A stretch of 64,000 nucleotides of DNA from a virus. The notes under the pieces were generated by a model that was not told the origin of the DNA, searched no databases, and saw nothing but the letters and a program-made list of their open reading frames with translations. Both the position numbers and the translations under genes were made by a program. The first letter of the stretch is position 1, and each line of letters starts with the position of its first letter. Of this stretch, positions 29,001 through 37,252 are shown piece by piece. The DNA lies in IMG/VR virus record IMGVR_UViG_3300020469_003886, positions 1 to 64,000 of that record; one strand, written 5' to 3'.

Positions 29001-29448
29001 TAGATGCTGACACCCCAGATACATCAGTAGCATCTGCATCTCGTTCACCTGAGCTTACTATTGAAAATTTTTCAATGCCAAAATCTTTTAGGTATGGTCT
29101 CATTTGTGATTCAAAGTCTTGTTTTCGATCTGAACCAACCACCATAATAACTTCATTGTATTGTTTGCCTAATTCTTCAAGAGCTTCCCACGGTGTGCGA
29201 ATAGATGGGTCATCCATGATATTCATGTGTGGGAACATTGCTCTTAAAAATGTAATTTTATCTTTGTATTGTAATGGATTCTTTTTTGGGTCATTAGTTT
29301 TACCCGTGAATACATAATGGTCAGCACCACTGGCGGCGTTTTTCACTACGTCCATCAATCGTGCGTGTCCTTTGGTTGGCGGATTGAATCTGCCAAATGT
29401 AAACACTGCCTTTTCTGCGTTTGGTTCTAATAACTCATTTAAAATCAT
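26068..29448 (-). CDS. polyprotein-like: cytidylyltransferase-like + HAD 5'-nucleotidase-like + PD-(D/E)xK-like domains
   Basis: MILNELLE start; FGRFNPPTKGH, VVGSDR, VSASKAR; VDMDGVL...LIDD; GPAE...KGDL...VEVKS. Confidence 0.8.
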   Translation of the reverse strand: MILNELLEPNAEKAVFTFGRFNPPTKGHARLMDVVKNAASGADHYVFTGKTNDPKKNPLQYKDKITFLRAMFPHMNIMDDPSIRTPWEALEELGKQYNEVIMVVGSDRKQDFESQMRPYLKDFGIEKFSIVSSGERDADATDVSGVSASKARALAKAGDFKTFSQTIDGGEKLKQQLYTKVRQGMGIQEQVQENYATMTKELIIKLIKKGKTDDEIQSRTGEAGKRIEIIRKSLEKSNNTSEMANKPKMPKKPDIKSRDPNWKDMEAIRKSGAAGSHKDKKALDKRGYAKHKSKSFDMDEAPQGKPIAYVDMDGVLANFFAEYAKLAGVTTGNYKDIPPAKTDPTLDKMIGTDFFDRLPKFPTTDKLIQMVVKEFGSYKILSSPLRGDHENSKVQKIKWIKRELGIQPDEIIVVGRKDSYAVQADGTQNILIDDRGKNIQGWLQRGGYGVKYQADEDPLSKVQNSIKDFKEKNNLTEHGGRVVKGINTTHDVGVDAIKKQSAKFGFKVTKDGVPPIMAPKNLRRVKRMQEALIRINGSNKDLTLQQQIDLQEVKKGIGKMLKATREVASEVPYQNDGGEMSLLSHPGTKMWQKMKATSKPGTEDWFKTWRTLSYLTKGRKNHYMLPVKEQLEQLLIKHGILEAPSPQNQNIERTVNDIENKVKANPETVGIVQQGIQKLKALLSKATGQEQVAEEPEMDTAVAGQSISPAVVSATLQNFKTIADQIETLPDGQLKNQLIITLKELQVNVDKEKKAYGKEQYGKGQEEEKAKSTNNIKRLNSEIELLARKVANYQDPDPGGKYDSKQKKVQANAEMAKEKLTQGLFSLFFNYVYFKNALTEQQVINFVKDCVAGNVVDMPAMVKAKQGTIDQFVKKHKDVYDIVVNDLINYKGEAGTGGALGPAEILLSAIGSPVSTGTGGVKGDLAVTMPDGKTLGVEVKSGSQAKGSGARLNGTAIQDGKGALANMKRLYADLGITVDDLEKKSYTISEKYLATLNKKLATFDNEKLNQYVVGVLQALVTNYDEVYKQAQTNIKKMIDNAIQPGTEGGPINFNRFRNLITYVQLVSYKLSDGVETIMTVDTGKRSFSITGTPEEFVNQIGTRHVQAASLSITNDPQTASFHWRSV

Positions 29449-29449
29449 A

Positions 29450-29596
29450 TTATCTTCTTTTACCTTGTCCAGCATATGGTTTGTAAGAACGTCTTTTACT
29501 TTTGTTCATCGATGACATTTTCAATCTGCCGCGACCAATTGTTGTTCTTTTTGCTACATGCTCGATACTAGAGGATTGCCCCATCATCTTTGCCAT
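29450..29596 (-). CDS. 48-aa basic protein (not in ORF track)
   Basis: MAKMMGQSSSIEHVAKRTTIGRGRLKMSSMNKSKRRSYKPYAGQGKRR; AGGAG SD. Confidence 0.75.
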   Translation of the reverse strand: MAKMMGQSSSIEHVAKRTTIGRGRLKMSSMNKSKRRSYKPYAGQGKRR

Positions 29597-29597
29597 T

Positions 29598-29969
29598 TTA
29601 TGCTCCTATTTTTAAATCTACTTCGCTGTACTCATTATCGTCCATCTTTTGTAGTTCCATGTCAGCAATTGATTTGGCCGCTAAATTCCTCACAAGTCCT
29701 GGAAACTTAATTCTTGCCATCGGGCCTGCTTCTTTTTTGGCTACGTTATCAATTAAGTAACGCCATAATTTAATTGCTAGATTGTGATCGTAAACACCTT
29801 TGGCACGTTTACGCATAAGATTTTTGATGATTGGCATATACTGACGTCTATAAAGGTCACCATCATTGGTTGCTAACAGTTCTAATTCATCAGCAAGATC
29901 TTGAACTTTATCAGGGTCAGTAGAACCGTCCTGTACTTCTAGTAAATAATCTTTAAATTGTTTAGTCAT
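29598..29969 (-). CDS. putative internal head protein
   Basis: MTKQFKDYLLE resembles the T4 capsid-targeting sequence MKTYQEFIAE. Confidence 0.7.
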   Translation of the reverse strand: MTKQFKDYLLEVQDGSTDPDKVQDLADELELLATNDGDLYRRQYMPIIKNLMRKRAKGVYDHNLAIKLWRYLIDNVAKKEAGPMARIKFPGLVRNLAAKSIADMELQKMDDNEYSEVDLKIGA

Positions 29970-30035
29970 AACTAATTCCTAAATGTAATGTATATACATC
30001 TATATTTATGCTGTCAACAATTAAATGATATCTTA

Positions 30036-30629
30036 TTAACTCCAGGGTTTTTTATCAAGATCAACTGTGATGCCCTGTGCTTTTAACCCTTTTATTACAT
30101 TTTGTACACCAATTACCTGTCTAAATGTGTCATGTAGTGCATGGTGCTTGTCTGCTTGTGGCATTTGTGCTTGGATTCCAAAGCCAAACAGTGTTCTAGT
30201 ATCTCTTATGTCGTAATAACTCCATGGAACTCCAACTTCCATCTTACGCATAATATTGTCAACAATCATTAGATCAAAGCATGATCCGTGGCTCCAAGGA
30301 CGTTTTACACCAAATGAAAACTTACGCAACTCTTTCATTGCGTCTTGTATTGTGATCCTATCACCGTTGTCACCAAATGCTTCATCCTGTGCTTCTTTTG
30401 ATTGTGTTGACCACCAATTGATTGTTTCTTCGTTGACTTTACATCCAAGTGCTGTACATGAATCCAAATCAATTCTTCTGTACATCACTTGATGTGGTGG
30501 AAGATCTGAAACTTTAATTTTGCTGTAATCTGCATGTGGATCAAATCTAATTGCGGCCATAGTAACAATTGCCGCATCGTTAGATGTAGCCAATGTTTCT
30601 AAATCAATCATTAAATCTGTGTTTGCCAT
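30036..30629 (-). CDS. DEDD 3'-5' exonuclease
   Basis: MIDLETL, WSHGSCFD, RDTRT, HHALHD. Confidence 0.85.
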   Translation of the reverse strand: MANTDLMIDLETLATSNDAAIVTMAAIRFDPHADYSKIKVSDLPPHQVMYRRIDLDSCTALGCKVNEETINWWSTQSKEAQDEAFGDNGDRITIQDAMKELRKFSFGVKRPWSHGSCFDLMIVDNIMRKMEVGVPWSYYDIRDTRTLFGFGIQAQMPQADKHHALHDTFRQVIGVQNVIKGLKAQGITVDLDKKPWS

Positions 30630-30635
30630 AGTATT

Positions 30636-30663
30636 AATATAGCACAATTTTCCAGAATGTCAA
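30636..30663 (-). promoter_or_regulatory. sigma70-type promoter, probably leaderless
   Basis: TTGACA-N16-(TGC)TATATT-N6-ATG. Confidence 0.75.
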
Positions 30664-30666
30664 GAG

Positions 30667-31278
30667 CTATTTTACGAAAGCACCAATTCTTCCATGCACG
30701 TCAGGATAATCAATATATCTATATCCTTTTGGAGGATCAATTGACTGTCCTTCCCAAACAGGAATAAATTCTACTATGTTTTGTTCAAAATCTGGATTTG
30801 GTCTAAAATGAACTTCTATAAGTTTACTACCTATAAATTCACAATTGATGTTCGGCTTATTTGCAAATTGTTCCAATACTTTTGGAAAAGGTATTTGATC
30901 ATCAGTTGCTACCCATTTATCCCATTTGGTAAATGTATCTTCGCTTTTGAATCCTTCAACACACAGCACTTGTTTGCCGTATTGATAATCAACTGACAAA
31001 TGTTTTCCTTCGAACCATTCACACCAAAAATATCCAGGATCTAAATCTATTGTGTACTGTGACAGGTACATTTTTTTTGCACCTAATCCTAAGCCCATAA
31101 CATTAACACAAGGTCGTACAATATACCATGCTGGTTCAGGAACATCTATTCCTGCTGGACCACTTTTGTATCCTAACTTTCGAGAAAGTATTAATTTATC
31201 GTAGACCCAAATTTCGTCAGCATCTGCGGTCTTCCAGTAAATGTCTTCTGGTGTGTCTTCATAAATCTTCTTGTTCAT
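30667..31278 (-). CDS. minimal ATP-grasp-like protein
   Basis: IVRP...GLGLG...CEWFEG..LSVD...NCEF...IEVHFR. Confidence 0.5.
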   Translation of the reverse strand: MNKKIYEDTPEDIYWKTADADEIWVYDKLILSRKLGYKSGPAGIDVPEPAWYIVRPCVNVMGLGLGAKKMYLSQYTIDLDPGYFWCEWFEGKHLSVDYQYGKQVLCVEGFKSEDTFTKWDKWVATDDQIPFPKVLEQFANKPNINCEFIGSKLIEVHFRPNPDFEQNIVEFIPVWEGQSIDPPKGYRYIDYPDVHGRIGAFVK

Positions 31279-31909
31279 CTTTTGTTTTGTATGACCATTC
31301 ATCTGTGTGACCTACTGACCATTTAGGTGTGTTTTCGACTGTGTAGTTCTGTGAACATACTTTAAAGTCTGGCATCTTTCTATCTGGGTGTACTAAACTT
31401 TGATCTGTAAATATTACCCTGTTGTTTGGCTGTGCCGCAAACTGACCATTTTCCATTTTAATCATGTTGAATGATTTGTGTTCCGGATCATGCTCTGAAA
31501 AATTTGTGTTCAACACATTTTGATCTCTGTGACAGTTGTCAATTGTAAAAATGTATTCGCCTTTATGCATTTTTTTATCTTTGCCAAAAAATTCACAATC
31601 GCATAACAATGGTTTTTTGATCACTGTGATATCATAATCAAAACAATCCCATATCTGTAAATGATCCAATGGCAATTGATTGTCTTTGTCGTAGTCTGTT
31701 TTCCAGACGAATGCTGATAATGGCAACTTATCAAAAGAAGCACCATAGTCTGTTAGTAGTGTTTCAAAGTATAATGCTTTGCCCATTACACTTTTTACTG
31801 ATACCCATATTCCTGGTGTAAGTTCTCCATGACCTTTTTGTAGATCATATAGATACTCTTTTTTAACGTATACTTCTTGAGGTGGAAGATTGTGGACTAG
31901 GAAGCTCAT
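31259..31909 (-). CDS. hypothetical phage protein
   Basis: Long ORF with GGAGG SD. Confidence 0.75.
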   Translation of the reverse strand: MSFLVHNLPPQEVYVKKEYLYDLQKGHGELTPGIWVSVKSVMGKALYFETLLTDYGASFDKLPLSAFVWKTDYDKDNQLPLDHLQIWDCFDYDITVIKKPLLCDCEFFGKDKKMHKGEYIFTIDNCHRDQNVLNTNFSEHDPEHKSFNMIKMENGQFAAQPNNRVIFTDQSLVHPDRKMPDFKVCSQNYTVENTPKWSVGHTDEWSYKTKDEQEDL

Positions 31910-31921
31910 CTGGTGCCTCCG

Positions 31922-33160
31922 TTACCATGCTCTACAACTCCAGTATCTTGCCTTTGTTCTTGGCCCTGGATTTGAGCAGTTATGTCTTGCACGGAAACTT
32001 TTTCTACGTGCTGGGTTTGATTTTTTGATACGCATTGTTTTTGAATCTTTGTTCTTGCCGCCGCCTTGGTGACCAAAACGTACCATTTTTACGTTTCCTG
32101 TTTTAGGATCTTTTACATAAACTTTAAATTTACCTGGCTCATCTGTGCCAGTTCTAATTGGCTTACTTAACTTAACTGTTTTGCCTTTGTACTTGGCTTC
32201 AAATGTTTGACCAAAATTTCGTTTGTTTTTATCTTTTTTAAAGTAAGGCTCTTTTGCACCTTTTGGTTTGTCGTATGTTTTAGCACCAATTTTAGAGTCT
32301 GTGTCTTTGTATATTGGTTTTGGATTTTTGCCGGGGACCATAAATCCTAATACGCCGCCTTCATCGACACCAAAACCTACAATGTCGTCGCCTAAGATCT
32401 TTGCCGCCTCTGTACAGTTGTCTTCATCAATTTCTGATACACCCATAACTTTCATAAATTCTTCGTGCATAGATTTAGTAATTGGCATCATAGCATAAAA
32501 AGGTTCTAATCCTTTTTCAGTAACAGCATCTTGACCGTACTTTGATGTAACTTTGTTGTATTCGTTAATTTCAGCGCCATCTGAAAGTATACCAGTATCA
32601 ATATAACCTTTTAGCATTCCTGCTGGTAATTCGTCTCCGTTGCTTCCTTCATAATTTTTGTATTTGTTGTACCAAGCCTCTAATGCTGATTTGTCAACTG
32701 CTTCATTAACATCTTGTTCGTTTTTATCAAAGCCTGCTTGTACCATTTCGTATTCTAAATAATCTTTTACCACTTTTAAGTAATCTGATGCTTTGGTTAG
32801 TTTTGATGCTACCCAACCTTCAATACCTTCACGTTCAGAAACTTTTTGCAACATATCATGAACTGCTTTTGCGTTTTTCATTGCATGGTACATTTGTGAT
32901 TTGCCCATGTTCACTTCATGATCTTGTTCTTGTGATTCTTGCTCTTGTGGTTCTTGTTCCATTTCGCAACCACATGCTTCTTCTAAATCTGAAATAAATT
33001 TTAGTGCTTTGTCATCTGCTAGTACAGTAACAGAGTTTTCATCAATTTTTTCGATTGTAGTTGAAATTAATGCTGTGCTTTCGCCAAACTCAAGATCAAT
33101 TGCATCACCAACTTGTGGTGTTGCTGATAGAATATCAATATATTTTCTTATATCTTGCAT
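31922..33160 (-). CDS. modular putative internal head protein ending in a basic 2-Cys domain
   Basis: MQDIRKYIDILS; LEE/VNE/VDE/TFE junctions; C-terminal ...RHNCSNPGPRTKARYWSCRAW. Confidence 0.7.
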   Translation of the reverse strand: MQDIRKYIDILSATPQVGDAIDLEFGESTALISTTIEKIDENSVTVLADDKALKFISDLEEACGCEMEQEPQEQESQEQDHEVNMGKSQMYHAMKNAKAVHDMLQKVSEREGIEGWVASKLTKASDYLKVVKDYLEYEMVQAGFDKNEQDVNEAVDKSALEAWYNKYKNYEGSNGDELPAGMLKGYIDTGILSDGAEINEYNKVTSKYGQDAVTEKGLEPFYAMMPITKSMHEEFMKVMGVSEIDEDNCTEAAKILGDDIVGFGVDEGGVLGFMVPGKNPKPIYKDTDSKIGAKTYDKPKGAKEPYFKKDKNKRNFGQTFEAKYKGKTVKLSKPIRTGTDEPGKFKVYVKDPKTGNVKMVRFGHQGGGKNKDSKTMRIKKSNPARRKSFRARHNCSNPGPRTKARYWSCRAW

Positions 33161-33164
33161 AATT

Positions 33165-33536
33165 TTATTTATCTCCTACTGCTTGTTTGTAAGCATCTAA
33201 GCCCATTTCCATAGCATCACGTTCTGAATCAGTAAAATTACCAATCACAGGAGTAGTTGATTCTACATCAAAGTCAATTGTCATTACATAATCAAGTGCA
33301 TCAAACAACAATTCTGTTTCTTCCGGTGTTAAGTCTCTAGTTGTAGGCATGTCATATGCATGACGCCCATCTTTAATGTGATAAAATACATCTGTGTTTG
33401 ATTTACCAGGCTGACTTATGGTTCTTAGAATACCTTCTGGTACAATTAGTTCAATTGTTTTATATATTATCTGCAAAACTTCATTTGAAAGTTCTTCGTC
33501 AACATATACTCTTATATGATGTTGATATGATCTCAT
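33165..33536 (-). CDS. hypothetical protein
   Basis: ORF in the co-oriented run. Confidence 0.7.
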   Translation of the reverse strand: MRSYQHHIRVYVDEELSNEVLQIIYKTIELIVPEGILRTISQPGKSNTDVFYHIKDGRHAYDMPTTRDLTPEETELLFDALDYVMTIDFDVESTTPVIGNFTDSERDAMEMGLDAYKQAVGDK

Positions 33537-33545
33537 TCTTAATCC

Positions 33546-33905
33546 TTAATCTTTTTTCTTGCTTGTGCCTGCATACAAACCAAACCAAGCCGCACCTGCA
33601 CCAACAACCACTGAAACTAATCCTGATTGTTCTAATGTTGGACTTGCTAACTCCATATACCATACCACTACAGTATATAGTAGGTATATGTATGTTGTGA
33701 TAAAAACTCTTGGAAAAATTCTCCAGGCATCAACAGCTCTAGCCAAATAGATTAACCATTTAAAAGGATTTTCTGAACTGTCTATAGTGTTAGTGTCAAC
33801 TTCTAGATCAATCTGTACTTTTTTCTTTATATCTACTGACTTTGGTGCTTCTGCTGGTTTTGATACACTTTCTGTATTTTCTGTATTTTCTACATTTTTT
33901 GCCAT
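33546..33905 (-). CDS. two-TM membrane protein (holin-like)
   Basis: DAWRIFPR followed by two TM helices and a basic C-terminus. Confidence 0.6.
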   Translation of the reverse strand: MAKNVENTENTESVSKPAEAPKSVDIKKKVQIDLEVDTNTIDSSENPFKWLIYLARAVDAWRIFPRVFITTYIYLLYTVVVWYMELASPTLEQSGLVSVVVGAGAAWFGLYAGTSKKKD

Positions 33906-33950
33906 GTGAATTACCTTTAAAATATTATATGCAGATATTTATCTTTTTGA

Positions 33951-33980
33951 AAGAAGGTGCCCTAGGAACTAGAGCACCTA
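33951..33980 (-). terminator. intrinsic terminator-like hairpin
   Basis: AGGTGCTCTAG-TTC-CTAGGGCACCT followed by TCTTTC. Confidence 0.7.
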
Positions 33981-33987
33981 TAAAAGT

Positions 33988-34212
33988 TTATTTTTTAGTG
34001 AAAATCCAGTACAAAATCCATAGTGCTACTAGCCCTACCAAACCTTGACTGCCGATTTGATTTACAATTGCGATAATGTTTGCCACAACATCAAGGTCAT
34101 AAAAACCAATCAGTTTGTCACCAAACAATACTTGCAATACAACACCAAATGAAATTAACGTAATTCCTACTTCAGTTAATTTTTTGACGCCATTGATTAT
34201 TTTATCCCACAT
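33988..34212 (-). CDS. 74-aa membrane protein (paralogue of 19391-19615)
   Basis: VVLQVLFG...DVVAN...GLVGLVA; AAGGAG SD. Confidence 0.8.
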   Translation of the reverse strand: MWDKIINGVKKLTEVGITLISFGVVLQVLFGDKLIGFYDLDVVANIIAIVNQIGSQGLVGLVALWILYWIFTKK

Positions 34213-34451
34213 AAGTAATCTCCTTACTGCGTTGATGTACTCATCAACTGTGCTTTATTTAATGTAGAGTTAATTGACCATTAAAAACTATGTTTATGTA
34301 GGTAGTGTTTGTGATAAATGCATAGTTATCACGTACTGTAGGGCCCTTAAAATAGGATTAAGACACCAATATAGTGATATTTTAGCAAATTATATTATTG
34401 TTTTTAAACAATATTATTGTGGATAAGTTGGCCAAAGTTGACCTAGTTGAA

Positions 34452-36533
34452 TTATGTTAGATCTTCGTAATCTATTGTGATTGTGTCTGCATCAGTGATT
34501 GCACCATAATCATGATTACTAATTGCTGACTGTGTAACTGCACCATAGTTAGTTTCTTCACCTGTTGGCAATGTAGATCCAAGTATCACCCAACTTGCAC
34601 CATTGTAACCTTCAAATCTATCTGTGCTTGAATTAAATCTAAACATGCCAACCACTGGAGTAGTAGGTCTTTGTGCTGTTGTTCCCACCGGCAGTATCAA
34701 TGCCCCAGTGCTTGTGATTTTTGCATTGCCAGTTCCGTTGGGTTCTATTTCAACATCACCATTTGATGTTGATACAATTTTGTTTCCATTAACATCTAAA
34801 TCCCCACCAAGTTGTGGTGTTGTGTCTTCTACCACTGAAGTTGGCACTGTGGCAAAACTTAAACTGCCTGAGCCATCTGTTTGTAAAAATTGACTTGCTG
34901 TGCCGTCTGACGTTGGTAACGTATATGCTCCATTTACACTAACTGTTCCTGTAGTTTGTACGCCTGTTGGTGTTGTTTTAATTTTTTCACTTCCATAATG
35001 ATACAATTTTGCTTCACCAGTTGAACCGTCTGCTTTAAAGTAATCTGCTGTACTGCCACTGCCATCATCTGAAACTATTGTAACATCGCTATCGTCAGCA
35101 TAAGTTCTAATAATAATATTACCAGTTGTTTCGTTGATTACAAGATCACTGCCTGTGTGTTTTATATTTGCATCACTGTCAGTGCCAAGTATAATTTCAT
35201 CACTGTCAGCCATTTTAATGTTACTGCCGTTTGATTCTAAATGACCACCTAATTGTGGTGTTGTATCAAGTACTAAATCTGTACCAGGAATATCAACTGT
35301 TAATGCAACTGTACCAGATGCATCTGGTAATGTAATTGTTCTGTCTGCTGTTGGATCAGTTGCTGTTATAGTTGTTTCGTATGCATCTGCTGTTGCACCT
35401 TCTAAAATAATATCTCCACCAGTACCAATATAAAAATCTGTACCATTTAATAGTTGAAATTGATCACTTCTAAATCTACCCGATATGTTTTGTGATCCAC
35501 CCTTGATAAAAGAATACTCCAACATACCATCTTCGGAACCATCTGAAGCATCTAATATTTTACCAGTTATTTTAGCATAGGTAATTTCTTGATCGTTATC
35601 ATTTTCGGCTTTGAATTTAATCTGCCCAATATAGTCAGCATCTGTTGGACTTGCACTATTTCTTTTTAATGCAAAAACAGGTCCTGCTGTGCTTGAATCT
35701 TCTGTGGTTGTAATTAACAAACTATCATCTGTTGATGTGTTTGCAATTGCTAATGTTCCTGATGCTGTTCCTGAAAACGTTGGACTTGCTAGTGTTTTAT
35801 TTGTTAATGTATCTGTAGTATCTTGCAATACAATTGTGCCTGTAGCATTTGGAATCGTAACTGTCCTGTCCGCTGTTGGATCTGCAACTGTTAGTGTTGT
35901 TTCGTGTGCATCTGCTGTGGCACCTTCGAACGTGAATGAATTCGTTACTGCTATTGTAGATGAATCAATTGTTGTTGTTGAACCTTGTACAGTTAAATCA
36001 CCTGTTACTGTTAGGTTTGTCATCGATGACGTACCAGTTACTGATATTGGATCAGCGAACGTAATTGGATTTGCATTTGAAGAACTAATAGATTTAGTTG
36101 CATTTACTATAACATCACCATCAAAATTAACTTGTCCTGATGCTGTAGTAAATGTAATATCACCTGTGCTTGATGTAGTGAAATTCAAACCTGCCGCACT
36201 TTGCATTGTGGTTTGACCTGTACCGTGCGTTTTTATGTGTAAACTTTGATCAACTGACGTTGATAGTGTAATTGATCCTGAATCATCTTCAAGAACTTTT
36301 TTACCATTTATGTATAATGATCCTGGACCTACATATACATCACGCCACATTAGACTTGATGTACCTAGATCGTATGTAACGTTTGCTGATGGAACTAAAT
36401 GTCCAGTAATTGAAGCAACTGACCCACTGGCACCACTGGCATTTATAGCCCCTGCTTTTAATGTGCCGTCGGCTGATTTGCCAACTTGAAAATCGGAATT
36501 ACTAGTTCCTTTTAAGTTATATGTTACTGCCAT
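34452..36533 (-). CDS. tail fibre / virion structural protein
   Basis: Thr/Gly/Ser-rich; two EGATADAxETT..DPTADRT.T.P repeats, two DTTPQLGG repeats, LPVGTTAQRP...GMFRFNS...FEGYNG. Confidence 0.8.
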   Translation of the reverse strand: MAVTYNLKGTSNSDFQVGKSADGTLKAGAINASGASGSVASITGHLVPSANVTYDLGTSSLMWRDVYVGPGSLYINGKKVLEDDSGSITLSTSVDQSLHIKTHGTGQTTMQSAAGLNFTTSSTGDITFTTASGQVNFDGDVIVNATKSISSSNANPITFADPISVTGTSSMTNLTVTGDLTVQGSTTTIDSSTIAVTNSFTFEGATADAHETTLTVADPTADRTVTIPNATGTIVLQDTTDTLTNKTLASPTFSGTASGTLAIANTSTDDSLLITTTEDSSTAGPVFALKRNSASPTDADYIGQIKFKAENDNDQEITYAKITGKILDASDGSEDGMLEYSFIKGGSQNISGRFRSDQFQLLNGTDFYIGTGGDIILEGATADAYETTITATDPTADRTITLPDASGTVALTVDIPGTDLVLDTTPQLGGHLESNGSNIKMADSDEIILGTDSDANIKHTGSDLVINETTGNIIIRTYADDSDVTIVSDDGSGSTADYFKADGSTGEAKLYHYGSEKIKTTPTGVQTTGTVSVNGAYTLPTSDGTASQFLQTDGSGSLSFATVPTSVVEDTTPQLGGDLDVNGNKIVSTSNGDVEIEPNGTGNAKITSTGALILPVGTTAQRPTTPVVGMFRFNSSTDRFEGYNGASWVILGSTLPTGEETNYGAVTQSAISNHDYGAITDADTITIDYEDLT

Positions 36534-36648
36534 TTCATCTCCATGTCAGCCCTTCTTTTCCACTTATGGACTGTCCGGGCATAAGCCCAAGTCATAGATA
36601 ATATATGTACTTTAATTTATTTATCTATATAGTTTATTTTATTGGTTT

Positions 36649-36885
36649 TTATAAATTGAGTTGGTATCTTAGTTGCCAACGTTCTAACATCAACTTGTCC
36701 ATTTGGTCTTGGCTCTCATAACTAGATTTATGAGCAAGTTCTTGTATTTCAGCTTCTACCTGTATCAAACGTTGTTTTTTAGGATTCTTAGTTTGTTTAG
36801 ATGGTTGTTGGTCATAGTGTTTTACACTATTATTTGGTTTTGTATTCGTATTACGTTTCTGTATGTTTTTGCGTCTATATATCAT
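36649..36885 (-). CDS. hypothetical basic protein
   Basis: ORF starting 6 nt after the tRNA CCA. Confidence 0.6.
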   Translation of the reverse strand: MIYRRKNIQKRNTNTKPNNSVKHYDQQPSKQTKNPKKQRLIQVEAEIQELAHKSSYESQDQMDKLMLERWQLRYQLNL

Positions 36886-36891
36886 AATTTG

Positions 36892-36967
36892 TGGCTCCGC
36901 AGGCAGGACTCGAACCTGCGACCAATTGATTAACAGTCAACTGCTCTACCAACTGAGCTACTGCGGA
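36892..36967 (-). tRNA. tRNA-Asn(GTT), CCA encoded
   Basis: Cloverleaf; anticodon loop CTGTTAA. Confidence 0.97.
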
Positions 36968-37233
36968 ATAATATGAGCCTGAACTGTATTTGTTTCTTCA
37001 TCGTATAACACATCAATTAATCTTCCTGTTCTACGACTTACAATAAATGGCATCATTTTGTGTTGACTATTTTCATAAACAACATCAACATCACAGTAGT
37101 ACATCTTATCTATTCCTTGCTTTGCAAGTTCATCCTCAACACATTCGCGACAACGTCTTTGACGAATCAAAAGTGTAATATCAATGATATCTAAATTATT
37201 TTCTTCTGCCATAATGAGTGTAACTTTGTACAC
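36958..37233 (-). CDS. hypothetical protein; stop codon lies inside tRNA-Asn
   Basis: ORF after TAAATA; start uncertain (GTG 37233 or ATG 37212). Confidence 0.6.
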   Translation of the reverse strand: MYKVTLIMAEENNLDIIDITLLIRQRRCRECVEDELAKQGIDKMYYCDVDVVYENSQHKMMPFIVSRRTGRLIDVLYDEETNTVQAHIIPQ

Positions 37234-37252
37234 TATTATTTAGCAAAAAAAA

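Noticed and set aside
34800-35930. Repeats in the tail-fibre-like gene as DGR or CRISPR elements
   Set aside because: They are protein-level repeats with synonymous divergence; no adenine-specific pattern, spacers or reverse transcriptase are seen
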